Part shown: positions 9,311 to 16,704 of the stretch, one piece after another | How positions within the stretch are numbered: position 1 is the stretch's first letter | How the letters are laid out: each line of letters starts with the position of its first letter | NCBI GenBank assembly: GCA_964611205.1 | Contig: CAZSZB010000001.1 | Location: 123,144 to 187,143 of the forward strand | DNA from: an uncultured Candidatus Saccharibacteria bacterium | GTDB taxonomy: Bacteria; Patescibacteriota; Minisyncoccia; Phycocordibacterales; UBA918 | Direction of reading: 5' to 3' | Length of the DNA: 64,000 bases | The notes under the pieces: model-generated | Told to the model about the DNA's origin: nothing | Databases searched by the model: none | What the model saw: only the letters and a program-made list of their open reading frames with translations | Translations under genes and position numbers: made by a program

Positions 9311-10264
9311 ATGCTTATGTCAACAACAATTCAAAAAACTATTACTTTCGTACTTGGTTTGAGTTTGGTGCTAACTCTAGCTACTACTTTAGTGCCAAAA
9401 GCAGAAGCGAGTACGGTCTATTATCCTAATAGAGGCTCTGAGTCTGTAGAACAGATGATTGCGCGTCTATACCAACTGATAGCTCAGTTACAACAGCTAC
9501 AAGCCCAGCAAAATTATAACTACGGATATACTTACGGAAATATGTACGGACAAGTACATGGAGTAAGTTATTATCCTTCTTATGGTGTAAATGTAGAAAC
9601 TTTACTAGTTTCTAATACTGACAGAAACTCCACTACACTAAATGGACGAGTGAGTTTAACTGGTTCAGATTATGCTTATGTTTGGTTCGAGTACGGTATA
9701 GATGGAGATTTTGATTATCAAACTGAGAAAATACGGATAAATAATAATTACACAAATAATTTTAGTGTCAGACTTTATAACTTGCGAGATAATAAGCAGT
9801 ATAGTTTCCGGGCTGTAGTCGAAGATAAAAATGGCCGTCGAAGTTACGGAGAGCGTCGTTATTTCCAGTTAGATAATTATAGTGGTTCTTCATATCGTGA
9901 TGAAGAGCCAACCGTAAATACCAACAGAGCTGATGAAATATCACGAAATAGTGCTAGATTACGAGGCGATGTAGATATGAATGATTTCGACAAAGGACAG
10001 GTTTTCTTTGTCTATGGTGAAAGTAGAAATCAAGTAATAAATGTTGAAGATGAAAATAGTTATTACGACATAAATGAGAATAGGAGAGACTTAAAGAAAG
10101 TTTTGGTAGATAGGGGACTTAACGGTTTTAGAAGCTATTGGTACCGAGTTGGTAATTTGTACGATAACACAAATTATTATTTCCGACTTTGTGTTGGATA
10201 TGATAATGACCGCAGAAACGAAACACTCGAATGTGGTGATGTCAGACAGTTTAGAACCAATTAA
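9311..10264 (+). CDS. Secreted protein with two tandem ~95-aa beta-sandwich (FN3/PKD-like) repeats
   Basis: Signal peptide MLMSTTIQKTITFVLGLSLVLTLATTLVPKAEAS. Two internal repeats share the pattern TLNGRV...YVWFEYG...YSFRAVV...YGERRYF. The sequence is rich in Tyr, Asn and Arg. Confidence 0.7.
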   Translation: MLMSTTIQKTITFVLGLSLVLTLATTLVPKAEASTVYYPNRGSESVEQMIARLYQLIAQLQQLQAQQNYNYGYTYGNMYGQVHGVSYYPSYGVNVETLLVSNTDRNSTTLNGRVSLTGSDYAYVWFEYGIDGDFDYQTEKIRINNNYTNNFSVRLYNLRDNKQYSFRAVVEDKNGRRSYGERRYFQLDNYSGSSYRDEEPTVNTNRADEISRNSARLRGDVDMNDFDKGQVFFVYGESRNQVINVEDENSYYDINENRRDLKKVLVDRGLNGFRSYWYRVGNLYDNTNYYFRLCVGYDNDRRNETLECGDVRQFRTN

Positions 10265-10278
10265 TCAAAAAATAATGA

Positions 10279-10314
10279 TGAACGCCCCGAACTGATGTCC
10301 GGGGCGTTTGGTTT
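10279..10314. terminator. Bidirectional intrinsic terminator between convergent genes
   Basis: AACGCCCCG...CGGGGCGTT 9-bp stem, with a T-run on the + side and an A-run on the other side. Confidence 0.65.
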
Positions 10315-10877
10315 CAGGCGAATCCCGCCGGAGAACCATAGAGTATAGAATCCATGATTTCTTCCGGTGTTACTCGCAAGGGCATCCCGCATACTTCCTG
10401 ATCCTTGTTCAGTCGGAAATGGGGTTTGGTAGTCAAGAACACAGCGATATTCGGCAGGCAAAGCTCGTAAGAGCTTACCGCTATATCGACGAAATGGGAA
10501 ATCGGATTTTCCGTCAACCCAATCTCACCGTCGAAGTGTAGCTGCGAGCGGTAAATGATGAACTCACTCGTATAGCCTTCCTCATCTGTCTCAACCATGT
10601 GACAGATTGTCCCCACGATCTCTTGGTTGATGAGGTTGAGCAGTCTCAGGAACTCATTCCGGAGAAAGGCTTGCACTGGCGATATCTGCACCAGTAGTTC
10701 CAAGGTCAGCATATTGCCAATATGGCTGATCTGGGCATCATGGATTCCTAGCTTCGATCGCGTAGTGAAAATGATGTTTTTCTGGAAGAGTTCATCATGT
10801 TCTTCTACCTCCCATCCTTTGCCAGCCAAGACATCGGCCACTGTCACGAGGGTTTCTGATTGGTGTATGTTTCCCAT
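10314..10877 (-). CDS. Hypothetical cytoplasmic protein (possibly a YbjN-like sensory regulator fold) in a GC-rich islet
   Basis: 187 aa with a strong SD (GAAGGAG) and ~48% GC. The family assignment is tentative. Confidence 0.55.
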   Translation of the reverse strand: MGNIHQSETLVTVADVLAGKGWEVEEHDELFQKNIIFTTRSKLGIHDAQISHIGNMLTLELLVQISPVQAFLRNEFLRLLNLINQEIVGTICHMVETDEEGYTSEFIIYRSQLHFDGEIGLTENPISHFVDIAVSSYELCLPNIAVFLTTKPHFRLNKDQEVCGMPLRVTPEEIMDSILYGSPAGFA

Positions 10878-11067
10878 TTAAGAACTCCTTCTAGCTACTC
10901 TATTTCTAACCTATAAAAGAACTTTAAGCAAAGCAAAACTATTGGTAATTTGAGATTTGCAGATAATCTGTTACTATTTTGCTCACCGATATCGGTTTGC
11001 TGTATATAAATTGGTCCACCACAAGAGCATATCCATTTTTATGGTCGCTAACACTTCCTAAAAATTT

Positions 11068-11139
11068 GGTCCCATCGTCTAACGGCTAGGACACATGGTT
11101 CTCATCCATGAAATCGGGGTTCGATTCCCCGTGGGATCA
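11068..11139 (+). tRNA. tRNA-Glu (anticodon CUC)
   Basis: I folded the cloverleaf by hand: acceptor GGTCCCA/TGGGATC, anticodon stem CATGG/CCATG, loop TTCTCAT, T-arm CGGGG-TTCGATT-CCCCG. No CCA is encoded. Confidence 0.85.
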
Positions 11140-11306
11140 CGAGTACAGAAAAGAGCACTTAACATTTTGTGAAGTGCCTTTTCTGTTCGTGATCCCACGA
11201 GCAAGAGTGCCTAAGCACTCTTGCGTGGGAATCGAAAAGCTTTTGTGACAGATTCGACCAAAGGGAGAATATGTCCAAAAGGTGTACAGTTCATGTAATG
11301 AAAGAT

Positions 11307-11322
11307 TTCCCCGTGGGATCAC
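11307..11322 (+). repeat. Direct repeat of the tRNA-Glu 3' end (16 nt, TTCCCCGTGGGATCAC; the first copy at 11125-11140 is inside the tRNA)
   Basis: An exact 16-nt duplicate lies 182 bp downstream of the tRNA 3' end. An inverted partial copy (GTGATCCCACGAG) is at 11190-11201 and a near copy (CGTGGGAATC) at 11224-11233. This is an att-like signature. Confidence 0.6.
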
Positions 11323-11328
11323 ACAGAC

Positions 11329-11374
11329 AAGACAGCAAGAGACTACTTCTTAAGAAGTAGTCTCTTGCTGTCTT
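11329..11374. repeat. Near-perfect 46-nt palindrome (42-nt perfect core GACAGCAAGAGACTACTTCTT|AAGAAGTAGTCTCTTGCTGTC)
   Basis: I verified it base by base. The region from 11140 to 11500 also holds further hairpins at 11130-11201, 11194-11229, 11377-11392, 11422-11451 and 11464-11477. Confidence 0.8.
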
Positions 11375-11585
11375 AGAGGCTGAACTGTTTCAGCTTCGGT
11401 CTGTGTGATGGCCACAGCGATGTTTCTGTCCTGTGCCTTAAGGACAGAAACCGCGAGGCGAGTGAGGAGTGACTCAATGTCACTTCGCAAATTCGAATGA
11501 AAGGTTTTGTCTTTGGATAAAAGAGGGAGGGGCAATAGTCTTAAATCATAGTGCCTTGGGTGTTTAACAAACGTTATCATTCAAA

Positions 11586-11945
11586 CTACTCCTTCCTCCC
11601 ACAAACACCTTTAACCACGACTTCTAACTCTTGAATATCGAAATTTTCGAGGCCGAGGAGTTTTTTGATAGATTCATCTGGGGCAGTGAAGTGGATTACT
11701 TTATTGCAGTCGGTACAAAGGGCGTGATGATGAGGTTCTGTTTGGTATTCGTAATGCACCTCATCGCTACCTAAGTTGACCTCCTTGATTAATTTTTCTT
11801 GTACAAATAAATCTAAGTTGCGATAGATAGTAGTTAAATCTATCGCGGGTAACTTAGTATGAATATCTTTGGCAGAGAGGGTACCACATTGCTTTTTTAG
11901 CACTTCTAATATTTGCTTTCGTTTGGGTGTTAGACGTAATGACAT
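11586..11945 (-). CDS. zur: Fur-family metalloregulator (likely Zur)
   Basis: Winged-helix N-terminus, HHH motif and C-terminal CxxC motifs (CTDCNKV...CGRK) are present. It is divergent from a ZIP zinc transporter. The ATG at 11945 is preferred over the track's TTG. Confidence 0.85.
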   Translation of the reverse strand: MSLRLTPKRKQILEVLKKQCGTLSAKDIHTKLPAIDLTTIYRNLDLFVQEKLIKEVNLGSDEVHYEYQTEPHHHALCTDCNKVIHFTAPDESIKKLLGLENFDIQELEVVVKGVCGRKE

Positions 11946-12005
11946 ATGCAAGTGATTTGCATTTTAACATTTGATTGTTATACTGGCAATTGCAAATCAT
12001 TTGCA
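11946..12005. promoter_or_regulatory. Divergent zur/zupT control region with two 7-1-7 palindromic operators and a promoter
   Basis: Operator 1 is TGCAAGTGATTTGCA (11947-11961). Operator 2 is the perfect palindrome TGCAAAT-C-ATTTGCA (11990-12004). The promoter is TTGCAT-16-TATACT (with TGn), with the -35 overlapping operator 1 and the start site overlapping operator 2. Confidence 0.5.
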
Positions 12006-12083
12006 TTCACTTTTTAAAAATTTTATCCTAGGAAATAGGATAAAATTCTACATTTTCATTATAATTTAAACAAATTACCCTTT

Positions 12084-12893
12084 ATGGTTATCGAATCTTT
12101 ATTAGCAGCTGGTGTCATTATCTTAATATCCTTAGTTGGAGTTTTTTTCTTCGGAAGTTCCGGTCGTCTCGTCGGTATTGAAAAGTATTCGATTCCGGTA
12201 GCGGTGGGAGTGTTTTTAAGTGTTGTGCTTTATGAATTAATCCCGGAAACTCTGGAAGCCTCGCCTGATTCAGGGGGCTTAGCGGTGGCTTTTGGTTTTA
12301 TCTCTTTTTATATTTTAGCTAGTGTGCTCCATAAGACAATGCACAAAAAATATCAGCATTTAAAAGATGATGAATGTGATCGCAAAGGAGCCGCTATGCT
12401 TATCCTAATAGGAGATTCTATCCATAATGTGTCTGATGGTATTGTTTTAGGGGGAGCATTTTTAATCAACCCAGCCGCTGGAGTAGTGACCGCGATCGGT
12501 TTGGCCCTACACGAACTGCCACAGGAGATAGTCGAGTTCGGTATTCTGATGCGAGCCGGCTATAGTCGGTCAAGAGCGTCTTTGTATAACCTTATTTCTG
12601 CTAGTAGCATTTTGATAGGGTTAGGCTTAATATTTTACGTCTCAGAGTTAGCGGCCGGTTATATTTGGGTCATTACCGGTGTTGCAGCGGGTAACCTGCT
12701 TTTCATAGCAGCTAGTGATTTGTTGCCGCGCATTCATGGTAATCTTAAAAACTATGGCGGTATTTGGCAGGCTTCCTTATCTATCATAGTCGGCTTTTTA
12801 TTGATGACAGTTATTCTAAGCTGGTCGCATGAAAGATTTGATGCACATCCTGAACATCTGGAAAACGAAAACCAAGAGAATTTGGTACACTGA
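12084..12893 (+). CDS. zupT: ZIP-family zinc transporter (ZupT-like)
   Basis: HNVSDGIVLGGAF and HELPQE motifs are present, with 8 TM helices. Confidence 0.85.
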   Translation: MVIESLLAAGVIILISLVGVFFFGSSGRLVGIEKYSIPVAVGVFLSVVLYELIPETLEASPDSGGLAVAFGFISFYILASVLHKTMHKKYQHLKDDECDRKGAAMLILIGDSIHNVSDGIVLGGAFLINPAAGVVTAIGLALHELPQEIVEFGILMRAGYSRSRASLYNLISASSILIGLGLIFYVSELAAGYIWVITGVAAGNLLFIAASDLLPRIHGNLKNYGGIWQASLSIIVGFLLMTVILSWSHERFDAHPEHLENENQENLVH

Positions 12894-12913
12894 TTTATAA
12901 AATTACAAACATA

Positions 12914-14062
12914 ATGTTTAGGCACCTAAAAGCAAAATATATATTCTTTGTCTTTTTATTTTTTTCAATTTTTACCTTTTTACCTCAGGGGACGATTGCT
13001 CAAGAAATATACAATGAATACCAAGGTACTTGGCACGGTAAAGTTGTAGAGGTCTTGGAAGAGGAGATGAGAATTATTCCGGGTACCGATACAGAACATT
13101 TATACCAGACCGTATCGGTTAAAGTTTTGGACGGACCCAAAGAAGGGAAAGTAATAACTATTGAAAACGATTTTTTAGAGTTGAAAAAAAGTGACAAGTT
13201 TTATTTTAATTATACGCGATATCGAGACGGTAGTGAGACATACGGAGTGGTAAATATTGACCGGGTTGGTTCATTATTCTTTTTATTTTTAGTTTTTGCT
13301 GGAGCGGTTGTTGTTTTTGGTGGCTGGCAGGGTATCCGTTCTTTGCTGGCTTTGGCAGGTAGTTTTCTTGCTATTTTTTATATATTGCTACCAGGAATTC
13401 TAAACGGCTGGAACCCGCTTCTTGCTAGTGTCTTGGTGGCGGCAGGAGTGTTGTTTGCTGCAATATTTTTCACCCACGGTTTCAATCGAGAGTCACTAGT
13501 CGCCTTTAGTGGGACTATGATAGCGGTCAGTATAACAAGTTTGTTTGCGATTTTTTCTGTCCATATAACGTCCTTATCAGGCTTCAATGACGACATCAGC
13601 ACCTATTTAAATTTTAATACTAGAGGAGCGCTGGATTTTGTATCATTACTGCAAGCCGCTATCATTATCGGAGTTTTGGGTGTTTTAGATGATATAGCTG
13701 TCACCCAAGCGGCTGTTGTGACTGAGCTTTTCAATAGCAATAAAGATCTTACGCGACGGGAAGTTTACCAAAAAGCTATCCGGGTTGGTCGAGAGCATGT
13801 GGGAGCCTTAGTGAATACCTTGGTGCTGGCTTACACTGGTGCGTCGCTACCTTTGCTTCTGCATTTTTATATGGCTTCTTCTAGTCTAAGTATGGCTATC
13901 AATACCGAATTTTTTGCGACCGAAATTGTTAGAACTTTCGTGGGGAGTATTGGATTAGTTATGACCGTCCCAATTGTTACTTTACTGGCTGTTATTTATT
14001 TAAAAGATTACCGACCTAAACACACTCATTCGCATTCTCATATTCACGGACATACTCACTAA
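12914..14062 (+). CDS. YibE/F-family membrane protein with a His-rich C-terminal tail
   Basis: The N-terminal extracytoplasmic domain is followed by a multi-TM YibE/F core. The C-terminus is HTHSHSHIHGHTH. Confidence 0.8.
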   Translation: MFRHLKAKYIFFVFLFFSIFTFLPQGTIAQEIYNEYQGTWHGKVVEVLEEEMRIIPGTDTEHLYQTVSVKVLDGPKEGKVITIENDFLELKKSDKFYFNYTRYRDGSETYGVVNIDRVGSLFFLFLVFAGAVVVFGGWQGIRSLLALAGSFLAIFYILLPGILNGWNPLLASVLVAAGVLFAAIFFTHGFNRESLVAFSGTMIAVSITSLFAIFSVHITSLSGFNDDISTYLNFNTRGALDFVSLLQAAIIIGVLGVLDDIAVTQAAVVTELFNSNKDLTRREVYQKAIRVGREHVGALVNTLVLAYTGASLPLLLHFYMASSSLSMAINTEFFATEIVRTFVGSIGLVMTVPIVTLLAVIYLKDYRPKHTHSHSHIHGHTH

Positions 14063-14180
14063 GATGTAAAATTATTGCTAGTTGCATGAGTTTTCCTATA
14101 AATTTAGACAAAATAAAACCGCCCGACTCAAGTATGAGCCGAGCGGTTTCGGTTCATCTCAGGTCAAGCGGTGGGCGCAA

Positions 14181-14666
14181 TCAACGGATGTTGCGCACGT
14201 TCTCCCACTCTTCGACGGAGTCGTTCATGGTCCGCATGATCCGCCGCCGCCTGACCATTCTGCCGATCAAGTTGTTGACAACTATGATGATCGGAAATAA
14301 TCCGATGACCATGAAAAGCAGCCACCCACTCAGCCACCCTGACTCGTTCGAGAACGGCGCAACCGTAAAGCCGTATAGATAGCTCCAGCAGAAGGCAGTA
14401 GTGGTCATTGTAAGTCCCACTCCAATTTGGGACTTAGTGTCGACATCCTGATTGACATGGTTGCGTTGTAGACCGGATACTTCCAGGCTCCAGTTGACGA
14501 AGCCGACAAGCCCGAAGAATAAGGCCATGATGAACAGCACTCCCGTCCAATCACCTGTATTTTCAACAGAGCTGTTCGCCCATACTTGGCTCGATATGTC
14601 CCCAAGATGGATTGCTATCGGAATAGCGGCGAGAGAAAAGATGACAAAGAGCATGATGATGCGCAT
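14181..14666 (-). CDS. Hypothetical 4-TM membrane protein in a GC-rich islet
   Basis: 161 aa with SD GGAGGG 7 nt upstream and ~50% GC. It is hydrophobic throughout. The opposite-strand ORFs are rejected. Confidence 0.55.
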   Translation of the reverse strand: MRIIMLFVIFSLAAIPIAIHLGDISSQVWANSSVENTGDWTGVLFIMALFFGLVGFVNWSLEVSGLQRNHVNQDVDTKSQIGVGLTMTTTAFCWSYLYGFTVAPFSNESGWLSGWLLFMVIGLFPIIIVVNNLIGRMVRRRRIMRTMNDSVEEWENVRNIR

Positions 14667-14768
14667 GGTGGACCCTCCAGTTAACGCACTAAGTTCATTG
14701 AAATTTTAGCTATAAAAACCATAAATATCAATACTTCACTATATTTTATTTATGACTCAATAAATAAA

Positions 14769-16616
14769 TTAGTTAGTTTTGCGTATAGAAGATTTGATGT
14801 CAAAACGGGGATTTACTTTTTTGCCCGGATTGAATATATCTAAAGGATCGAAAGTTCTTTCGGTTTTTTCAAACAGGTCAATAATTTTTTTGGTAAACAT
14901 TTTAGACATATAGGGAGTACGAATAATTCCGTCATTATGTTCGCCACATATATTACCGCCAAACTTCTTGGCTAGAGAAAAGAATTCCTCAGCCATCTTT
15001 TCTACGAGTAGGGGAGTGGTCTTATTAGTGAAGTCTAGCAATGGATAGAAATGAAAATGACCATCACCTCCATGTCCATGGACGGTAGCTGGGACATTGT
15101 ATTTATGTAAAAGCTTTTTAATTTGTACCAAAAACTTAGAAATATTTTCTGGTGGTACCGTCATGTCTTCTAAGAAAGCGGCCGGTCTTTTGGAGCTGTC
15201 TTGCAGTTTTGATAAGGAATAACTGGATCGACGAATTTGCCAGAACATTTCTTGCTCAGCTGGATTTTTTACTAGTCTGGCCCTCTTGCCCCCGTTTTTT
15301 TGTAGGCTTTTAATAATAGATTTTATTTTGCGGTTACCTAAGCGACTGGGATCTATAGTGATGAGCAGGGTGATGTCGGGAATTTTTCGTGCGTAGCGAA
15401 CATGATAGAGGGTATACATTGATAGAATGACTTTGTAGTATTGGTTTTGGTTTAGTCGGATCTTAAAGAAACTAGGGTTACGTAAGGCAAGATCAAAAGT
15501 TAAGTCGTCAAAGAATTCAATATTGTTAGGATAAAAATCCAAAGCTTTAGAAATTACTTTACCAGCTTCCATCAAGTCAAAGACCGGTACGACTATTAAT
15601 TTTGTCTCAGGGTTTATGGGAGTAGTCCGTAGGGTGATGGAAGTGATGATACCAATAGTACCCTGACTGCCAGAAATCAACTGAGTCAAATCGAAAACGG
15701 CTTTACCTCTTTTAAAGCTAGCCACAGAACCATTTAAAACACCCCATAAAGCATAACCAGAACTATTCTTTTTTACTTTTGGTTTCGCTTCTTGAATTGA
15801 TTTTTCATTTTTTTCGATAATAGCAAAAGTTTTCTTCAAAATAGTAGCCAAAGCATTATCTTTTTCTGTTAACGACTTATATTCCTTATAAGTTATTGGT
15901 TTTAAGGTGTAGGTTTTTCCATCATAGAGAGTGACATTAAGAGAGTTGACCCATTTGGCACACTGTCCGTATTGTAGAGAGTCAGGACCGGCCGCATTGT
16001 TAGCGACGGAGCCACCAATAGAGCAGAAGTCTTTTGAAGCAGGATAAGAAGGTAAGTAGACCCCGTGCTTTTTTAAAATCGACTCAACATCTTTCCACAT
16101 AGCTCCCGGTTCGACTGTGATCGTTACACCATCTTTATTTTTGATAGGCTCACCTTTGTGGTGCATATGACGAGAGACGTCAATAATAATCGAATCTGTT
16201 AAGGAACCACCAGATAAACCTGTACCAGCAGCGCGAGGAGTAAGAGAGATAGAAGGGAAATCCTTTTTCAATTTGTTGGTTACTTGGACGGCTATTTCTA
16301 CGTCTCGTTGATTTTTAGGTTGGATTACTAATTGGGGACGAATGGAGAAAATACTTTCATCGGTACTGTATTCGTTTAATAGATCGCTATTAGTCGAAAT
16401 ATCCCCAGCAAAATTTTCTTCTTTCAATAACTTCGCTAAAAGCAGGTGACCTAAAGGATACTTTCGGTTCGGAGCTTCAATATTGAGAGATTTAATTGGT
16501 ACTTTTCCTGTTTTAGGAATCACTTCTTTAGCGGTTGTCTTTTTGACAGCTTTAAGTCGAGGTTTGCTAATCTGGTTTTTAGTAAGAGAAGTCATGAACA
16601 AAGGAACTGGTAACAT
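14769..16616 (-). CDS. FAD-binding oxidoreductase (GlcD / D-lactate dehydrogenase family) with a Lys-rich N-terminal extension
   Basis: A PCMH-type FAD-binding domain is followed by a C-terminal FAD-linked oxidase domain. The ~100-aa basic N-terminal extension is unusual. Confidence 0.85.
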   Translation of the reverse strand: MLPVPLFMTSLTKNQISKPRLKAVKKTTAKEVIPKTGKVPIKSLNIEAPNRKYPLGHLLLAKLLKEENFAGDISTNSDLLNEYSTDESIFSIRPQLVIQPKNQRDVEIAVQVTNKLKKDFPSISLTPRAAGTGLSGGSLTDSIIIDVSRHMHHKGEPIKNKDGVTITVEPGAMWKDVESILKKHGVYLPSYPASKDFCSIGGSVANNAAGPDSLQYGQCAKWVNSLNVTLYDGKTYTLKPITYKEYKSLTEKDNALATILKKTFAIIEKNEKSIQEAKPKVKKNSSGYALWGVLNGSVASFKRGKAVFDLTQLISGSQGTIGIITSITLRTTPINPETKLIVVPVFDLMEAGKVISKALDFYPNNIEFFDDLTFDLALRNPSFFKIRLNQNQYYKVILSMYTLYHVRYARKIPDITLLITIDPSRLGNRKIKSIIKSLQKNGGKRARLVKNPAEQEMFWQIRRSSYSLSKLQDSSKRPAAFLEDMTVPPENISKFLVQIKKLLHKYNVPATVHGHGGDGHFHFYPLLDFTNKTTPLLVEKMAEEFFSLAKKFGGNICGEHNDGIIRTPYMSKMFTKKIIDLFEKTERTFDPLDIFNPGKKVNPRFDIKSSIRKTN

Positions 16617-16704
16617 CCGAGTTCTTTATATTATAACAATTAAGCGGAGGTCTTTTTAGGTGTGTCCACAAAATTTAGAATGTTATACTGGTGTCTCGAG
16701 TTAT

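Noticed and set aside
10308-10881. Two plus-strand ORFs (77 and 84 aa) in the 10.3-10.9 kb islet
   Set aside because: They are antisense to the longer SD-supported 187-aa minus-strand gene.
11350-11580. 76-aa minus-strand ORF downstream of the zur gene
   Set aside because: It spans the 42-nt perfect palindrome and other hairpins, has no SD and is low complexity. It is most likely a non-coding structured region.
11140-11585. Possible RNase P RNA, tmRNA or SRP RNA in the structured non-coding block
   Set aside because: The universally conserved motifs are absent. These are GGAAAGUCCGG and ACAGAACCCGGCUUA for RNase P, the tRNA-like 3' end with resume codon for tmRNA, and GGAAGCAGCC for SRP domain IV.
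14082-14709. Plus-strand ORFs (72, 98 and 85 aa) overlapping the 14181-14666 minus gene
   Set aside because: The minus ORF has an SD and a coherent membrane-protein hydropathy. The plus ORFs are Arg/Pro-rich, which is typical of antisense GC-rich sequence.
16660-16704. Upstream start of the Pif1 helicase chosen by the ORF track
   Set aside because: An extended -10 element (TGTTATACT) lies inside this extension, and the extension (MCPQNLECYTGVSSY) is not part of the conserved helicase N-terminus. The ATG at 16705 is preferred.
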